A stretch of DNA of 64,000 bases, taken from positions 173,476,001 through 173,540,000 of the forward strand of contig NC_042998.1 of assembly GCF_006345805.1 (NCBI RefSeq), read 5' to 3'. Made by a program: the position numbers and the translations under genes. This document shows positions 1-13,240 of the stretch, one piece after another. This stretch comes from Octopus sinensis (lineage: Eukaryota). The notes below the pieces were generated by a model that saw only the letters and a program-made list of their open reading frames with translations, searched no databases and was not told where the DNA came from. Positions within the stretch are counted from its first letter, which is position 1. The number at the start of each line of letters is the position of its first letter.

Positions 1-53
1 GAGAGAGAGGAGAGATGTATGTATATATATGTATATATATGTGTGTGTATATA

Positions 54-126
<73 letters not shown>

Positions 127-171
127 ATATATATATAATATATATAATATATTATATATATATATATATTA

Positions 172-213
<42 letters not shown>

Positions 214-554
214 TATATATAGATGAGTGTAATTTTACCTTGTTAACAATTAACAAGGACAAAATAAATAAATAGTTACCAGGGCAGCAAAAATCTCACA
301 AGTAAAGGAGAAGATTGAATTGTTTATACCATTTATTCTTTTGAATAGTATCAGTGGAATTTTCGAAACATGTGTCGAAATTAAAAATATTTGATTACAC
401 CTGCGTTAACTCCATTTTTTATTCATATATATATATATATATATACGGTTAAGTAATTGAGATTCAAGTGAATTCTAAAAATTCACATGAATAAGGTCCT
501 TAACTAGGATGCACCGGAAATCAATATGGTGTTAACCATACGACAAGTGGGGTG

Positions 555-619
<65 letters not shown>

Positions 620-726
620 TATATATATTATAATATATATATATATATACGTAATATATATATACGTATATATATATACGTATATATATATATACGTACA
701 TATATATATACGTATATATATATACG

Positions 727-797
<71 letters not shown>
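1..797. repeat. (GA)n/(TA)n microsatellite tracts (about 1-220, 426-445, 557-797)
   Basis: Direct reading of the sequence. The I/Y-rich ORFs in the track are translations of these tracts. Confidence 0.95.
230..430 (+). mobile_element. Decayed copy of the branched-hammerhead repeat found intact at 27260-27702 (pseudo-LTR-like)
   Basis: GAGAAGAttg...tttattcttttgaat...TTTCGAAACATGTGTCGAAATT...actccattttttattcat aligns by eye to the reverse complement of 27400-27540. The CUGAU core is lost. Flanked by (TA)n. Confidence 0.6.
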
Positions 798-801
<4 letters not shown>

Positions 802-1585
802 CTGTCTACAGTATTAGGATTGGTAATTAAAGAAATGTTTAATCATCCATTCATATATATAATTTATCTGCAACGGTTTTAGAAATTGACGCAGCTATGG
901 TTGTGTATGTAGTAAAGCAGTTTGCATCGTTCTACTTGTTTCCCCTCCTCTTTCTTTTACAGGCGCATGCACATATACATATATATGTGTATATGTGAGT
1001 CCGCGCATGTATGTATGTATAAATAGAGAGAGAAATATAAAGATATGGGGATGAATCTGAAGATTAGCTTCATTGCTACTGGTGTTTTATCTAAACGTGC
1101 AATCGTTGAAGCGATAAAAAATCATGCTATCGCTTGTGCAATCGCAGGTAGTGGGAAATTTCGTGTATCGGTAGGGTCGAACATTATTCCAAATGAATAG
1201 ATTTTATCACGTATATTGAGTAATTCTTACTTTCGTTTACACCTGCAAACTTCATCGTCAGATCGAACTAGCATTACGCAACATGTGAGAAGGTAGGGCA
1301 TTTGAATTACAGATAGAACGCTATGCGCTTGATCTATCCTCAGCGACTTCTTTCATCGTGCCAAGGTTTTCCATTGTATCTGCACGCCTCTGTGGTATCA
1401 GATGTTTGAATGAATAAAATACGACCATTTTTATTCCAAGGTATGGTGTTCCTCTCAATCAAGCTTTTCTTTTTATTTCAAAACGGATGTAATACTTTAT
1501 ATATTGCACTCATCACAACTCAGCCACAAGCTCAGTCGGGCCCAAAGATATAGACAGCATATGCGATGAAACAAATTAATTTGTT

Positions 1586-1756
1586 TAGGCGCAGGAGTGG
1601 CTGTGTGGTAAGAAACTTGCTTCCCAATCACATGGCTCTAGGTTCAGTCCCTCTGCGTGGCATCTTGGGCGAGTGTCTTCTACTATAACCTCGGGCTGAC
1701 CAAAGCCTTGTGAGTGGATTTGGCAGACGGAAACTGAAAGAAGCCCGTCGTATATG

Positions 1757-1789
<33 letters not shown>

Positions 1790-1991
1790 ATTTGTTCGAA
1801 TGTGTTTGTGCCCCCACCATCGTTTGACAACCGATGTTGGTGTGGTTACTTACCCGTAACTTAACGGTTCAGCAAAATAACCAATAGTATAAGTACCAGG
1901 ATTACAAAATATAACTCTTGGGGTCTATCTGTTCGACTAAAGATAGTGCTCCAGCGTGGCCACAGTCAAACAAGAAAAAGAATAAAAGAAT
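1586..1991 (+). mobile_element. tRNA-derived SINE, family A (taggcgcaggagtggctgtgtggtaag...)
   Basis: tRNA-like head with A/B-box-like motifs, internal (TA)(TG)n and an AAAAG tail. Matching copies at 26575, 38331 and 48370. Confidence 0.85.
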
Positions 1992-2164
1992 AAATAGACT
2001 AGACCGGTCTGTCCACGGACAAACGTCGAAATGAATGTTAAACGTTTGCTTAAAAACAAAAACTAGGAACTGTACATAACTGAACATAAATGAACGTAAA
2101 TTAGTATACATAAATACATACATACATACATACAGATATACATACATACATATATATACATATA

Positions 2165-2368
2165 TTGTGACCGCGTGTGTATTGTTGGAGATTTTTTTCC
2201 TCCGTCTTCCCTTCCTTGGACCTTTCCTTTTCCTATGTTTCTGCCGAAGAGCTCCGCTCGAAACGTTAATTCTTCCTTCTTTTTTCCTTTCTTGAGCGTC
2301 CAGTAACACTCTACTTGTTCCACATCCTCGCGTTGTTGCGTTTTCTCATTGTGTTTTCATGTTTGGAT

Positions 2369-2372
<4 letters not shown>
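2165..2372 (+). mobile_element. Solo Penelope pseudo-LTR-like repeat with decayed hammerhead (core at 2241-2267)
   Basis: CTGCCGA-A-GAGC-TCC-GCTC-GAAACGTT. Second copy at 50530-50722. Ends in (TA)n. Confidence 0.65.
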
Positions 2373-2451
<79 letters not shown>

Positions 2452-3209
2452 TGTGCATATGGAGATATGTTGTGTCTGTATATTTACACGTCTGTGTTTG
2501 TATGTTATGCACATAATATGGTACATTGTTGCTGAATTAATATATAATATAATCTGCAAGAGAGATGGCCCTGGGGTAGATACATAGAAACTTCTGATAC
2601 TGAATACTCAAGTTTACATAACAACTCAAGTAGTATTAGTGAAATGTTTACATCAAATCTTTTATCAAATCAAACATAGCTGACCTAATAGAGTTATTTT
2701 GGACGATAAAGGAATAAGTGCTGTATGAGCAGAGAAGTAATAATAATTATTGGCGTATTTGTTCATTGTAGTAATAATTTGTATCTGGAAAAGTTGAGAT
2801 TTTATATCAAAGAACACTTTCTAACACACTCTTTACAAATGCAACCTGTAAGTGGAAGAATAAAATTATGACAGCCTTTGCTAAGTTCAACATGTAACAT
2901 TTGTTGTTATCCAAATTCCATCGTGAGAGCTTTCTTTCTTTATTAGAAACCAACATTTCTTTGTTGGAAGAATTATAAAAATTTGAAATAATATGTAAAC
3001 ACGTACATATATGCAATCATCAACTTTTATTTTAGACCAACACCAAAGATTTGTCTATGGCTACAACTGTAAGCCTTTTTTATTGATATACTCCGTTTCC
3101 CCCGTTCATTATTTTGAATCTTCATGTACTTCTCAAATGCGACAAGAATATATTTTGGCGTCAAAATTTTATTAAAGAAATCTGTATGTTTGAAATCAGG
3201 GTTACGTAA

Positions 3210-3722
3210 TCTATATATATAAAACTGTAGTTGTGTGAGTGTCTGTCCCCTTCGACTTAGATTCCTAACTACTCCCACATTTTGCGGTGCAGTTTAACAA
3301 AATTCGGGTATTTTATAGTCGTGATTCATATCGAGCCCGTCTGAGTATTAGCGCGCGTCTACGATGAGTCTACGATTTTAAAAATAATTTAACATCATTT
3401 TTTATTCCATTTTAATGCATAATTTTTCGTGTGTCGATAGCGGCGGAGTTGGCGTCCATGGTCACACCTGCACCTGTTTGCTTCTCCCCCTTCTTCCCTC
3501 CCTCATGAAGCTGTGGGGAAGGGAGTGTAAGGAAATCAACGTCGTAAAGCGTTGTCAAGGAGACCAGCGTTCTTTTAGAACAACGACTTCATGGCTTGAA
3601 GACATCAAAACAGAAATGGCTAAGAAAGCCCGAATTGGCATCTATAAGGGAAGTAACTCTCTAAAAATGCTTATATAGTTATTTCCCTTACAAACCCGAG
3701 CAACGCCGGGCGATACTGCTAG
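3210..3722 (+). mobile_element. Non-autonomous Helitron
   Basis: 5' TCTATATATATAAAA; 3' hairpin CCCGAGCAACGCCGGG followed by CTAG; inserted between A(3209) and T(3723). Confidence 0.85.
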
Positions 3723-4086
3723 TTATGAAATAAAGCTTTAGAAGAGAAAGCAATAAATCAAATCGAGGAATGTATTTTAAAAAAGAATATGCGTACTTAT
3801 ATTCACTCTAATCCTTTATTGTTTTAAAATTACGCCGACCATTTTCCTTTACTCATCTAATGTTAATGCTTTCATCTAAATAGTTTTACTCTTATTTCTT
3901 CTAATTACACATTTTTGCTAAATCTCCGTATCTCTCAGTATTTCTGCTATAAATAACGTTAGCGAAATCCATAGTTTTTCATTAAACAAAACGATGTATT
4001 TTACCTTTCCTTGTCCAGTTTATAATAACATGTTTAATATTAGCACTGATTATGTAAATCAACTTACATTATTATTATTCTTTCAG

Positions 4087-4130
4087 AAATGCAACTGAAC
4101 AGTTTATATTCATAGAAAAGATTACGAGAG
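4087..4130 (+). CDS. Candidate 44-nt internal exon of an unidentified host gene (only open frame NATEQFIFIEKITR)
   Basis: Acceptor ttattctttcag and donor GAG|gtaaga. A 178-nt intron-like segment follows, ending in tttttttttcttcag at 4308. Confidence 0.35.
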
Positions 4131-5509
4131 GTAAGAAGTTTGGAATACAATATGTGTGACTTGTAAATAAATGACAATCATCAAACAACATGTGCATTTT
4201 GACAAAATACATTAGTTTGTAACTTAAGAACGATATATAGAGAATCTTGTGGGAAATTATCGGCTATTCGGGAAATTTCTTCTATGTTGATTTATTTTTT
4301 TTCTTCAGAGAACTCATGCCTTATACAAGAAACTATGGCAGAAACGTAACACTTTCACCATCTCACTTACTATGAATTTTACTCTTATTTATTCGGTATC
4401 TTTTACCGATGTAGTAGGAAAATATTAATTTGGTTTAGCATTCTATGGTGTACCATATCTAAATTAATTTGTAATATATCTACACTGAATTAGGCAGTTC
4501 TGAATACGTTCGCGATAGAAACACATAATTTGAATATTCTAGTTGTAAGCAGAATTATGATTGATGACAAAACGTAGAGGGAAACAATTTTCTAATAGGT
4601 TTTATGCTCGTTGTGTGCTGATTTCTATCGAAACTATTTCTCTTCTTGGCAGCTGAGACAATTTCATTTATTTGAAAACGGTTCCGTTTGCTGAGATTGA
4701 TCACAGACAACAGATACAGCAAGGTCGAGAGCGAATAAAAGAAAACGTATCAAACTCATGTAACTACAAGAGGTTGATAATTACTTATTAGATGGTAAAT
4801 AAATACTGAATATGTTTCAAGCGTCTATAAACTTTTCGCTATACTAATTTCACCTTACGCAATATGTCGATAATATTGAGAAAAGTATGTATGTCAGAGT
4901 AAACTATGTAATTCGCCAACGAAACTTTTCTCACTTCTCATAGTTTTAATGCATGCTTTAAAGGTGTTAGCAGTTGTTTCTATTCTCCATCCTCAGCACT
5001 CTGATTCTTTCAATTTTCAGACTTTTATACGCTGATCCTTATTCAAATTCAATCAGAGAAGCATTATTGCCCCTTGGAACTGATACTGCGATTAGGAGGT
5101 ACCGTATTTTCTGTGTCTCCTTCGCAATGTATATATGAAATAAAATATATCAGCACATAATATGCTGCTATGCTATGATACCTTTCTGATGTAATTCCAC
5201 TTCTTTCATTTCGTTCATTTTTATTCAGTGATCATATAGGATACTCCTTAGCCATGGTTTTAACAAAGCATTATGTAAGCCACCTTTAGTTTTACAAATT
5301 CTTTCCTTGTTTCTCTACTCTCCTCACAACTATTTGTAATTTCGACCTTTGCTTCGTCATAATAGCCACCCTTTTAGAAAGAAAATAGTTTTATAATGTG
5401 ATCATTTTTTGTAGTTATTTGTATTGTCTTTCTTTCATCTGAGATCATTTTTCAGTCTTACAGTGGATAATATATACGTTTTCTACTTGCATTACGTCCG
5501 TCTCTGTAA

Positions 5510-6100
5510 ACTATATATATAAAATGGAAGATGTCTGCCTGTGTGTGTTGACTTGCGCATCGCGTCAACACGGTTTGTCCTGTTTTCATTAAATTTCATA
5601 TACATATGTATTTTGAACAAAGGAGTGTCCCTAGCATAACGATTTTTCAAATTTTGTTTACTTTGGGCATAGAACGGGAAAAACCGTCTCAAAAAGGCAT
5701 TTCTGGACTTATCTCCGGAACCATACACCAAAGTTTACTCAAATTTGAAATAAACATGCATTAGGCTCGTAGCCACATGTTGCAAAATAATGCATGCGTT
5801 TAGGGTACTCTCTTTGAGAAATAGAACAAATCGAAAAAACAGAAAACGCTTCTTTCCAACGCCTACAGTCTATCCATATCGTTTTTGGTGTGGAAAGTAC
5901 ACGTGAATCAGGCATACTTCTGAAGCAGTGTCTTCTTTTCTCACCCAATCGAATATACGCACTTTTGTCCTTTTACCTAAAACGTCAAATGATATTGAGC
6001 ATGCAGCGATGGACAATTGCAACACGGATAACTCCGGGATTTACTGCTTGTTCCTGATAAACTTCATATGTCCGATTTTGTGGAGGTATATTTTTACGTG
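5510..6100 (+). mobile_element. Possible Helitron-like 5' end and internal fragment
   Basis: actatatatataaaatggaagatgtctg resembles the 5' ends at 3210 and 47990. No 3' hairpin-CTAG was found. Confidence 0.3.
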
Positions 6101-6399
6101 CACACATTATTTTTGTCTTTTACTATTTCGTTATCAAGTTAGCTCACATTTCACTATAGTAGAGCTGTAATTTTTCATGGGGACATCCATTGTATTATGA
6201 CCTGTGGACCTACATTTTCGGTTTAGGTGTATTTCATTTATTAATCGAATGCAACTATAATATTCCCACCCAAACTGGTCTTTTATTTGTATATGAATAT
6301 TTACTTTACTGATTTTTAAGTATCTGTATCCGTGTTTGTTGTAATTCTCTTATCGCTTGTCTTTGTCAAACATAAATTTTTTATCTTACTTTGCTTCTG

Positions 6400-9300
6400 T
6401 TTAATGTTGCCTTAGTGCGTTTTCTAACCTGAGAACCATATCATTTTATCGGTCCAACCGGTATAGTTGTGTACTGTCTTCAGCAGTGCTTCTCATTGAT
6501 TATCATCTTTTCTCGTGCACTTTCAGCATATGAGTATGAATATCATCTAGAAATTTCTGATTTCGCTGGGCTACTGGGTGGTATTATTCGGATTAAAATC
6601 TAATAGCACGAAGTGTACTGAAAACGGAGTCTGTCCAAGAAGAGCAGAAGGCAATATAGTTATTCTACACGCATTTGCTCAATGTCTGACCCTTAAAGCC
6701 CTGTGTAGATATGTTAAACATCCGTCTTAGTATGCTTGACGGATCCCTCAAGCAACCAATTCTATTGTAAATATGCTCCACCACCTTCCCTCTGTCAAGA
6801 GTTGAAGATAGATATTACCTGCGTCAGTCAAAAGCTCAGAAAATAAAAGTTTTTGGCCGTGATTTCCTAAGAGCTCCCAAGGGATAATTCTTCCCACATT
6901 GTAATGACGTCATTTGTATTTGCACTGTACCAATTTCGGACGTTTCACCTCTCTTACCACACATTCTGCATTCGTCGCTATTGGTAGTGTTGTCAATTCT
7001 GCATTTCATATAATTGGCCCTTAACTTTCGTTCCTGAGCTGCGCATATGAGTGCTTCTGTCTTTATCTTCTAGGTCACACCCCCTCATCCATAGTCACCG
7101 GTCCCTTGTGTCTATCTTGGCGTTCACATCTCTTGCAAACTGATGCTACATTTTCTTTTCTTTCCATGCTTTATCTTTTTTTTTTCTTGTTCATTTATAG
7201 TTAATTTTTTTCTTTAGTTACGCACTTTTCTGCTTTTATGATGACGGCCTTCTTCGTGTGTTTCAACATTGGTTCCACGACATTTTTCATATATCCCCCT
7301 AGGCTGTTTTCCTTGGCTTCGATACAGTCCTGGCCACTGATCAAACCTCTCCCACCCTTTCCTCTGGACAAATACAGTATATCCGTGTCACTCTTAGGGT
7401 GGAAGGCTTCGTGTACTGGTCAACATTTTACTGGTCTTAGTATCCCTTTTCTTTATTTTTCTCTTTTGCCATTTTATAATTCCCGCTCTTTAGCGAAGTG
7501 ATGGTATCGCCCACGTATTAACTGCTTGGATTTTATTCCATCCATTCAATTTTGAGTACAGTACCAACTTCAGTTTTCGGAAATGCTCCATCCTCAGCTT
7601 TTCTTTAATTTGCTTTTCCATTATCTAGTTGCACACTAGTACAACAAGGTATTTATAGCCTTCCGTTTCAATTTGCTTAATCAAGTCTTTATTCGGTATT
7701 TTTATCCCTGTTAGGAATTGTACGTTGCCTCTTTTTAAGTAGATTACTCCGCACGTCTTGAGTCCCAGTTCCATTCTAATATCAGTACTAAAATAGTGGA
7801 CCGTGTTCACCAAGGAACTCACCTGTCTCACCTTTGACATACATTTTCAAATCATCCATGAAGAGGAGGTGGTTGATTGCTTGAGATGTTTCCTTTAGTT
7901 GGTGCCCCAGTTTCATTTTCCTGAGTACTAAGGTCAGGCTTATTATGCAGAGAACGAAAAGAAACAGAGATAGGCTATCGCCCTAGAAAATGCCACTTCT
8001 AATACCCAGGGCGCCCAAAATTTCTCCGTAAGATGTCAGTTCAGTTTTCCATCCCATCATACTTCTCTTCGGGAAACACGTTACATTCTTCGAAGTTCCA
8101 AACAGATCAAAACACTCCATGATCCACGAATGTGGAATCATGTCATAAGCTTTGCTATAGTCAACCCAGGCCATTCGCAGATTTGTTCTCCTTTGTTTAC
8201 AATCTTGCATTACCATTCTGTCTACCAATAGTTGATCTTTGGTACCTCTGCATCTCTTTGTACAGCCTTTTTGTTCCGGCGGTAATATATTGTTCCCATC
8301 AAGAAATTTATACGGTTCTTCTTCAATTTCTCCTGACAGTACCTTCCACATTAACGGGAGACAGGATATTGGTCTGTAATTGTCAGCAACATTTTCCTCT
8401 GTTGCATCCTTCAGGTACAACACTGTTCGTCCTTTTGTCAACCAGCCTGGGATTTCATCTTCAATACATGATATTGTTCTTCGATGAATTTATGACAACG
8501 ACTGAAATATTTTTAACAAAATCCCTGTACACATCAGTTCCTGCTGCTTTCGAGTTGCTTATCTTTTTACTCATATTTCTGATACTGTCATCTGCGAAGT
8601 GGAAGGCCTCTTGCTGGGGATACCAAGCCATTTTCTTCAGGCTGCAGAGCCACTCAGCTGTAGTATTATGCTGTTCTTGCTTACTCCATATCTTACTCCA
8701 ATAATGTCAACCTGTCATCAGCAACAGGGACTAATTTTTCACGGATTTTAGCAACATTAATCTCTTGATAAAATCTTTTTTGGTCGGTTCTAAACAATAT
8801 GCTTTGCTGGTATTGTTTAATCTGTTGTTCAAACCTAGTTAACTTTGCTTTTTTTTGCATATATGCGTTGCTTCAATTCTTCAATTACAACATTCAGGCC
8901 TTTTGTATCTACACCATACTTCTTCCTAACTTATTCGAATTTCCATTCATTCTTAAGTTCTCCATTTCTTTTCTTGAAAATTATTGACATTACACTGTTC
9001 AAGGAGTTTATATCTTCAGAAATTCTCATTTTCCACCTCAGTTGTTTATTTCCTCTTCTATTCGTCGCTGTTCTATTCTCAGTAGTTCTCAATCCCATCC
9101 TTTCTGCCTGAATCCTACTAGCAGTCTTGATAAGATTATTCCTTTGTGTGATGTTCTTTGTTTGAATGTGTCTCAGAACAATATTTATTTTATTCGTCTC
9201 TTGATTTAATTACCGTCGGTTAGACTTCTTAAAGTCGCAAACAAATTCTGTTCCTTAAATATTTAATAGATTCACAATTCTGTCTATTATTAATCAATCT

Positions 9301-10350
9301 ACATTATTTGAGAGGTCACTGAATCTTAATTCTTTCACATTTCACGGTATTATATTCTTGTGGACAATTGTCCATCTCTTCCACTTTCATTCCTCGCATG
9401 CCCAACCTCACCCGATATCCTTCTTGTAATAGCTTCTAGCTCCAATTCTGTTAACCATCCATTGTTTCGTATTGCTCTTGCTTGGTCACATAATATCTGT
9501 TCAGTAATTTTGAACATTTTCATTGCCTTCCATTCACTGTGCATTCGTTTTCTGTACACATTGACAGGCACGCCATTCGCATCCATTGGTGTGCTCCTTT
9601 AGTAACATTCCTTAACTATCATGCTTATTTGTTTACTCCACCTATGGCTAGCAGTTGGCGGGTTACAACCGAGCTGCTGCACAGTGGGGCACCTACCGGG
9701 TGTGGCATCTTCCCTATTTATTTTGCTTGGTATGTTTACTCATATATGTAGTGTGTTTTTAGGTTTCTACCAACCGGTATTTTTATCGAGACACCATTTC
9801 TATCAAGGTAGTCCGCCAAGGTGGCAGTTCTTGCTCCCCTGGTTTTGGACTCAGGGTGTTCCTTTTCTTAGGCTTCTTGCCACCCAAGGCTAACGATTAC
9901 AGACTACTTGAAACATTGGTTATTTGAAGGGGTCAGATACTCGTCTTTTCCCACACTTCTGTTGGTTTGGCGAAGGAATCAACCAAGACTGCAGAGACCT
10001 TACTACCCACAAGTTGGGCCTGTTCCCTTCGCATTTCTGTGTGTTGGGGCCATTATATTGATTTTCACTAGGGGATAGGTGTCCGTTAGTTGGTTCCGTA
10101 TCTTCATCTAAACATTGCTCCGGAGTTAAGTCCCTATTCGCTGTTCATTCGCCTTCATCCCAGACATGGAGCCATTGGACACTGTGATTAAGAAGTCACC
10201 ACTGTGATTAAGAAGTCCTATCTACCCCAGTTTCTAAATCAGAGTGTTCCTTCTCCTAGACAGACTGTCAACCAAGGCTCATGAGTTCTGTCTACGCATT
10301 TTCAGAATTGCCATTGACGTTTTTATGTTCCTCTGCCCTTTCCCAGGTTT
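6400..10350 (-). mobile_element. Degenerate near-full-length R4/Dong-like non-LTR retrotransposon (RT plus CCHC/REL region)
   Basis: RT motifs [39 protein letters not shown] (7983-8441); YLKDDLKM-type region near 7850; TEALICAAQE...CRMCG near 6950-7070; N-terminal YRKRMHSEW...EQILCDQAR. Many stops and frameshifts. Confidence 0.8.
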
Positions 10351-11197
10351 TGCTTTTAATCTCGCAGTGTGTCGAAAATTCACCCTCCTCACCTTAGTTG
10401 GTTTCCCAGTTTAGTCGCCGACGACTCGACAGTATCACAATGCCACTTGTAAATCATTCTGGGTAATTCTTCTTCACTATAATAATTTCACTATCACTAC
10501 TATAATCCCTATCTTATTATTTCCTAGTTCACTACTATGGTTTCATAATTACTACTATAATTATATTATTACTATAAAGCCGAGTGGTCCTAATGTTGTC
10601 TACTCTGATTTATTTAGACAACAAATGATGGCATATTTACGACTTTTAGCTGCTGCTTGTGCTGCGGCGTTAAGCAGAGGTGTTGGTATATGACTACTAA
10701 TACAGTCTGTTTGATTGGACTGACTGCTAGTTGGTATGGTAGGCAGTCGATTAAGAGTGGCTAGGGGATGATTTTGAGAGTAACTTCGGCAAGTAGGGAT
10801 TACCATAGCTAAGATATCGAAATTTAGAAACAACATTTCCCAGTTTTAAGAAGTTATAGCATTCCATCTATAAACACCCCGTCGTATTTACGATGAACTG
10901 ATTATCTATGGCATATCACATTGTACTTAAAATATAAAAATCCATAAACATATCAAAGTTTTAACAAACAGAAAAACAGTACTAGAAAAGGCTTACACAT
11001 TCTGGGGCAGGGAGCTGTTAAATGACGATGTCACCGTGCGGATGATTTCAGCAGCACTCAGGACTCTTTGGAAGAGGAGGGAGTCATAGAGGAAGAGAGA
11101 GGAGACAAAGATAAGGAGACAGGTAACCTCGCCAAAATCCTAGCATTGAGGTGAATTTATGTGTAGAACTCTAGATTTCTTTGGGTTGAACCTAGTA

Positions 11198-11864
11198 TGA
11201 GAGAGCAGAGCATGCCATCAAAGTGGCACTGAAGAATTTTTGTTCAGATTCAGTAGCTCAGCCCTCTCAAAAGATCCCTAAATAAGGGTTGTTTAAGCGA
11301 GTTAAATGACACGCATGTTTCCAGAGATGAGTTACTGAAACCTCAAAGAATTCCTCTCAGCACATGGCTATGATGCTTCCTTACTACTTCTGCTGGTGAC
11401 CAGAGATTCACATATCGTCAGCCACTAAAGGACATGCTGAAATGGTTAAGGTCAAGATAAACAACGCATGACCTTGCATGTGGGGCCCAGTTAAAATTTT
11501 CTTCTGGTCGAGTAGCCCATCCCGCTCAAAAGGTCCCTGAATAAGGATTGTTTAAGGATGTTGAACGAACCCCCCCCCATGTTACCAAAGGTGAATTTCC
11601 AAATCTCCGGGAATTACTTTCAACACATGGCTATGATGCTCCCCCACTACTTCTCCTCGTGATCAGAGATGCACATATCGTCAGCTACTAAGGGACATTC
11701 TCAACTGGTTAAGGTCAAAGAACTGACAAGCAAATCTGTGGTATTGAGCAGAATATTTGCTGTAGCCCATCTTTTAAACCAAGACAAAACAATGTACATG
11801 ATAATACTTCCAATCAGATAAGGTGAGAAGTCACGAGAGCCACTGCCTGGTACTGCATCAGGGC
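11198..11864 (-). mobile_element. (TAA)n-associated non-coding element, reverse copy with an internal duplication and deletion
   Basis: Reverse complement of the 34651-35243 and 35307-35863 units. Abuts the (TAT)n tract at 11865. Confidence 0.8.
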
Positions 11865-11887
11865 AATTATCTTTATTATTATTATTA

Positions 11888-11932
<45 letters not shown>

Positions 11933-11945
11933 TATTATTATTATT

Positions 11946-12284
11946 CTATGTTTGACTTTTGTTTTACATTTGCACAAGCTGGCTCCAAGTCTCACCCAGA
12001 GACCTCAAGAGACAACAAGTTGGAAGTTCATGTTGGTGTTATGCTTAGGGTGCCATATATTTGGTTTTGTAGTTAATGTTGTACTAGTGAATGTCTAAAA
12101 AAACCATACGAAAATTATGTTTATTTTAAAACTTGAGATTACATAGAAAGTATTTTGCGTAGGATATGAGCAGTTCCCATGAGCACTATCTTTTCAATTT
12201 CTGCAATTCTTGGGTTTTCTGGTATCTGAGTTAGGTAGCAATCAGCCTCTTTTGCTATCATTCCAGGGCACCTCTGACAATACG
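11946..12284 (-). mobile_element. R4/Dong-like 3' end fragment, copy 1
   Basis: Encodes the VRGALGMI...IVLMGTAHILRKILSM-type C-terminus plus 3' UTR, flanked by (TAT)n. Confidence 0.8.
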
Positions 12285-12366
12285 TATTATCATTATTATC
12301 ATTATTATTATTATTATTATTTATTATTATTATTATTATTTTATTATTATATTATTATTATTATTA

Positions 12367-12406
<40 letters not shown>

Positions 12407-12407
<1 letters not shown>

Positions 12408-12743
12408 TATGTTTGACTTTTGTTTTACATTTGCACAAGCTGGCTCCAAGTCTCACCCAGAGACCTCAAGAGACAACAAGTTGGAAGTTCATGTTGGTGT
12501 TATGCTTAGGGTGCCATATATTTGGTTTTGTAGTTAATGTTGTACTAGTGAATGTCTAAAAAACCATACGAAAATTATGTTTATTTTAAAACTTGAGATT
12601 ACATAGAAAGTATTTTGCGTAGGATATGAGCAGTTCCATGAGCACTATCTTTTCAATTTCTGCAATTCTTGGTTTTCTGGTATCTGAGTTAGGTAGCAAT
12701 CAGCCTCTTTTGCTATCATTCCCAGGGCACCTCTGACAATACG
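12407..12743 (-). mobile_element. R4/Dong-like 3' end fragment, copy 2 (near-identical tandem duplicate)
   Basis: Differs from 11946-12284 essentially only in homopolymer lengths. Confidence 0.8.
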
Positions 12744-12748
12744 TATTA

Positions 12749-12812
<64 letters not shown>

Positions 12813-12846
12813 CATCATCATCATCATCGTCATCATCATCATCATC

Positions 12847-12901
<55 letters not shown>

Positions 12902-12977
12902 TATTATTTTATTATTATTATCATTAGCGTTATTATTATTATTATTTTATTATTATTATTATTATTATTGTTATTAC

Positions 12978-13012
<35 letters not shown>

Positions 13013-13049
13013 TATTATTATTATTACTATTACTATTATTACTATTATT

Positions 13050-13116
<67 letters not shown>

Positions 13117-13240
13117 TATTATTATTATTATTATTATCATACCGTGCTATGCGGGCAGCTTTTGTAGACACCTTTTGTTTGATAGTTTCTATGGTGGTAT
13201 TGATTTCAAGTGTGGTTTTCATATTATAGTTATTCTTTAA
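12744..13240 (-). repeat. (ATT)n/(ATC)n tract followed by a short R4-like ORF fragment (13139-13240)
   Basis: Microsatellite, then TIETIKQKVSTKAARIARYD on the minus strand. Confidence 0.7.

Noticed and set aside
10239-10295. Pseudoknot-like pairing in the LINE 5' UTR (TAGACAGA/TCTGTCTA and TCA(T)GAG/CTCTGA), HDV-like order
   Set aside because: No recognisable P3/L3 or catalytic C in J4/2, so it cannot be called a ribozyme by eye.
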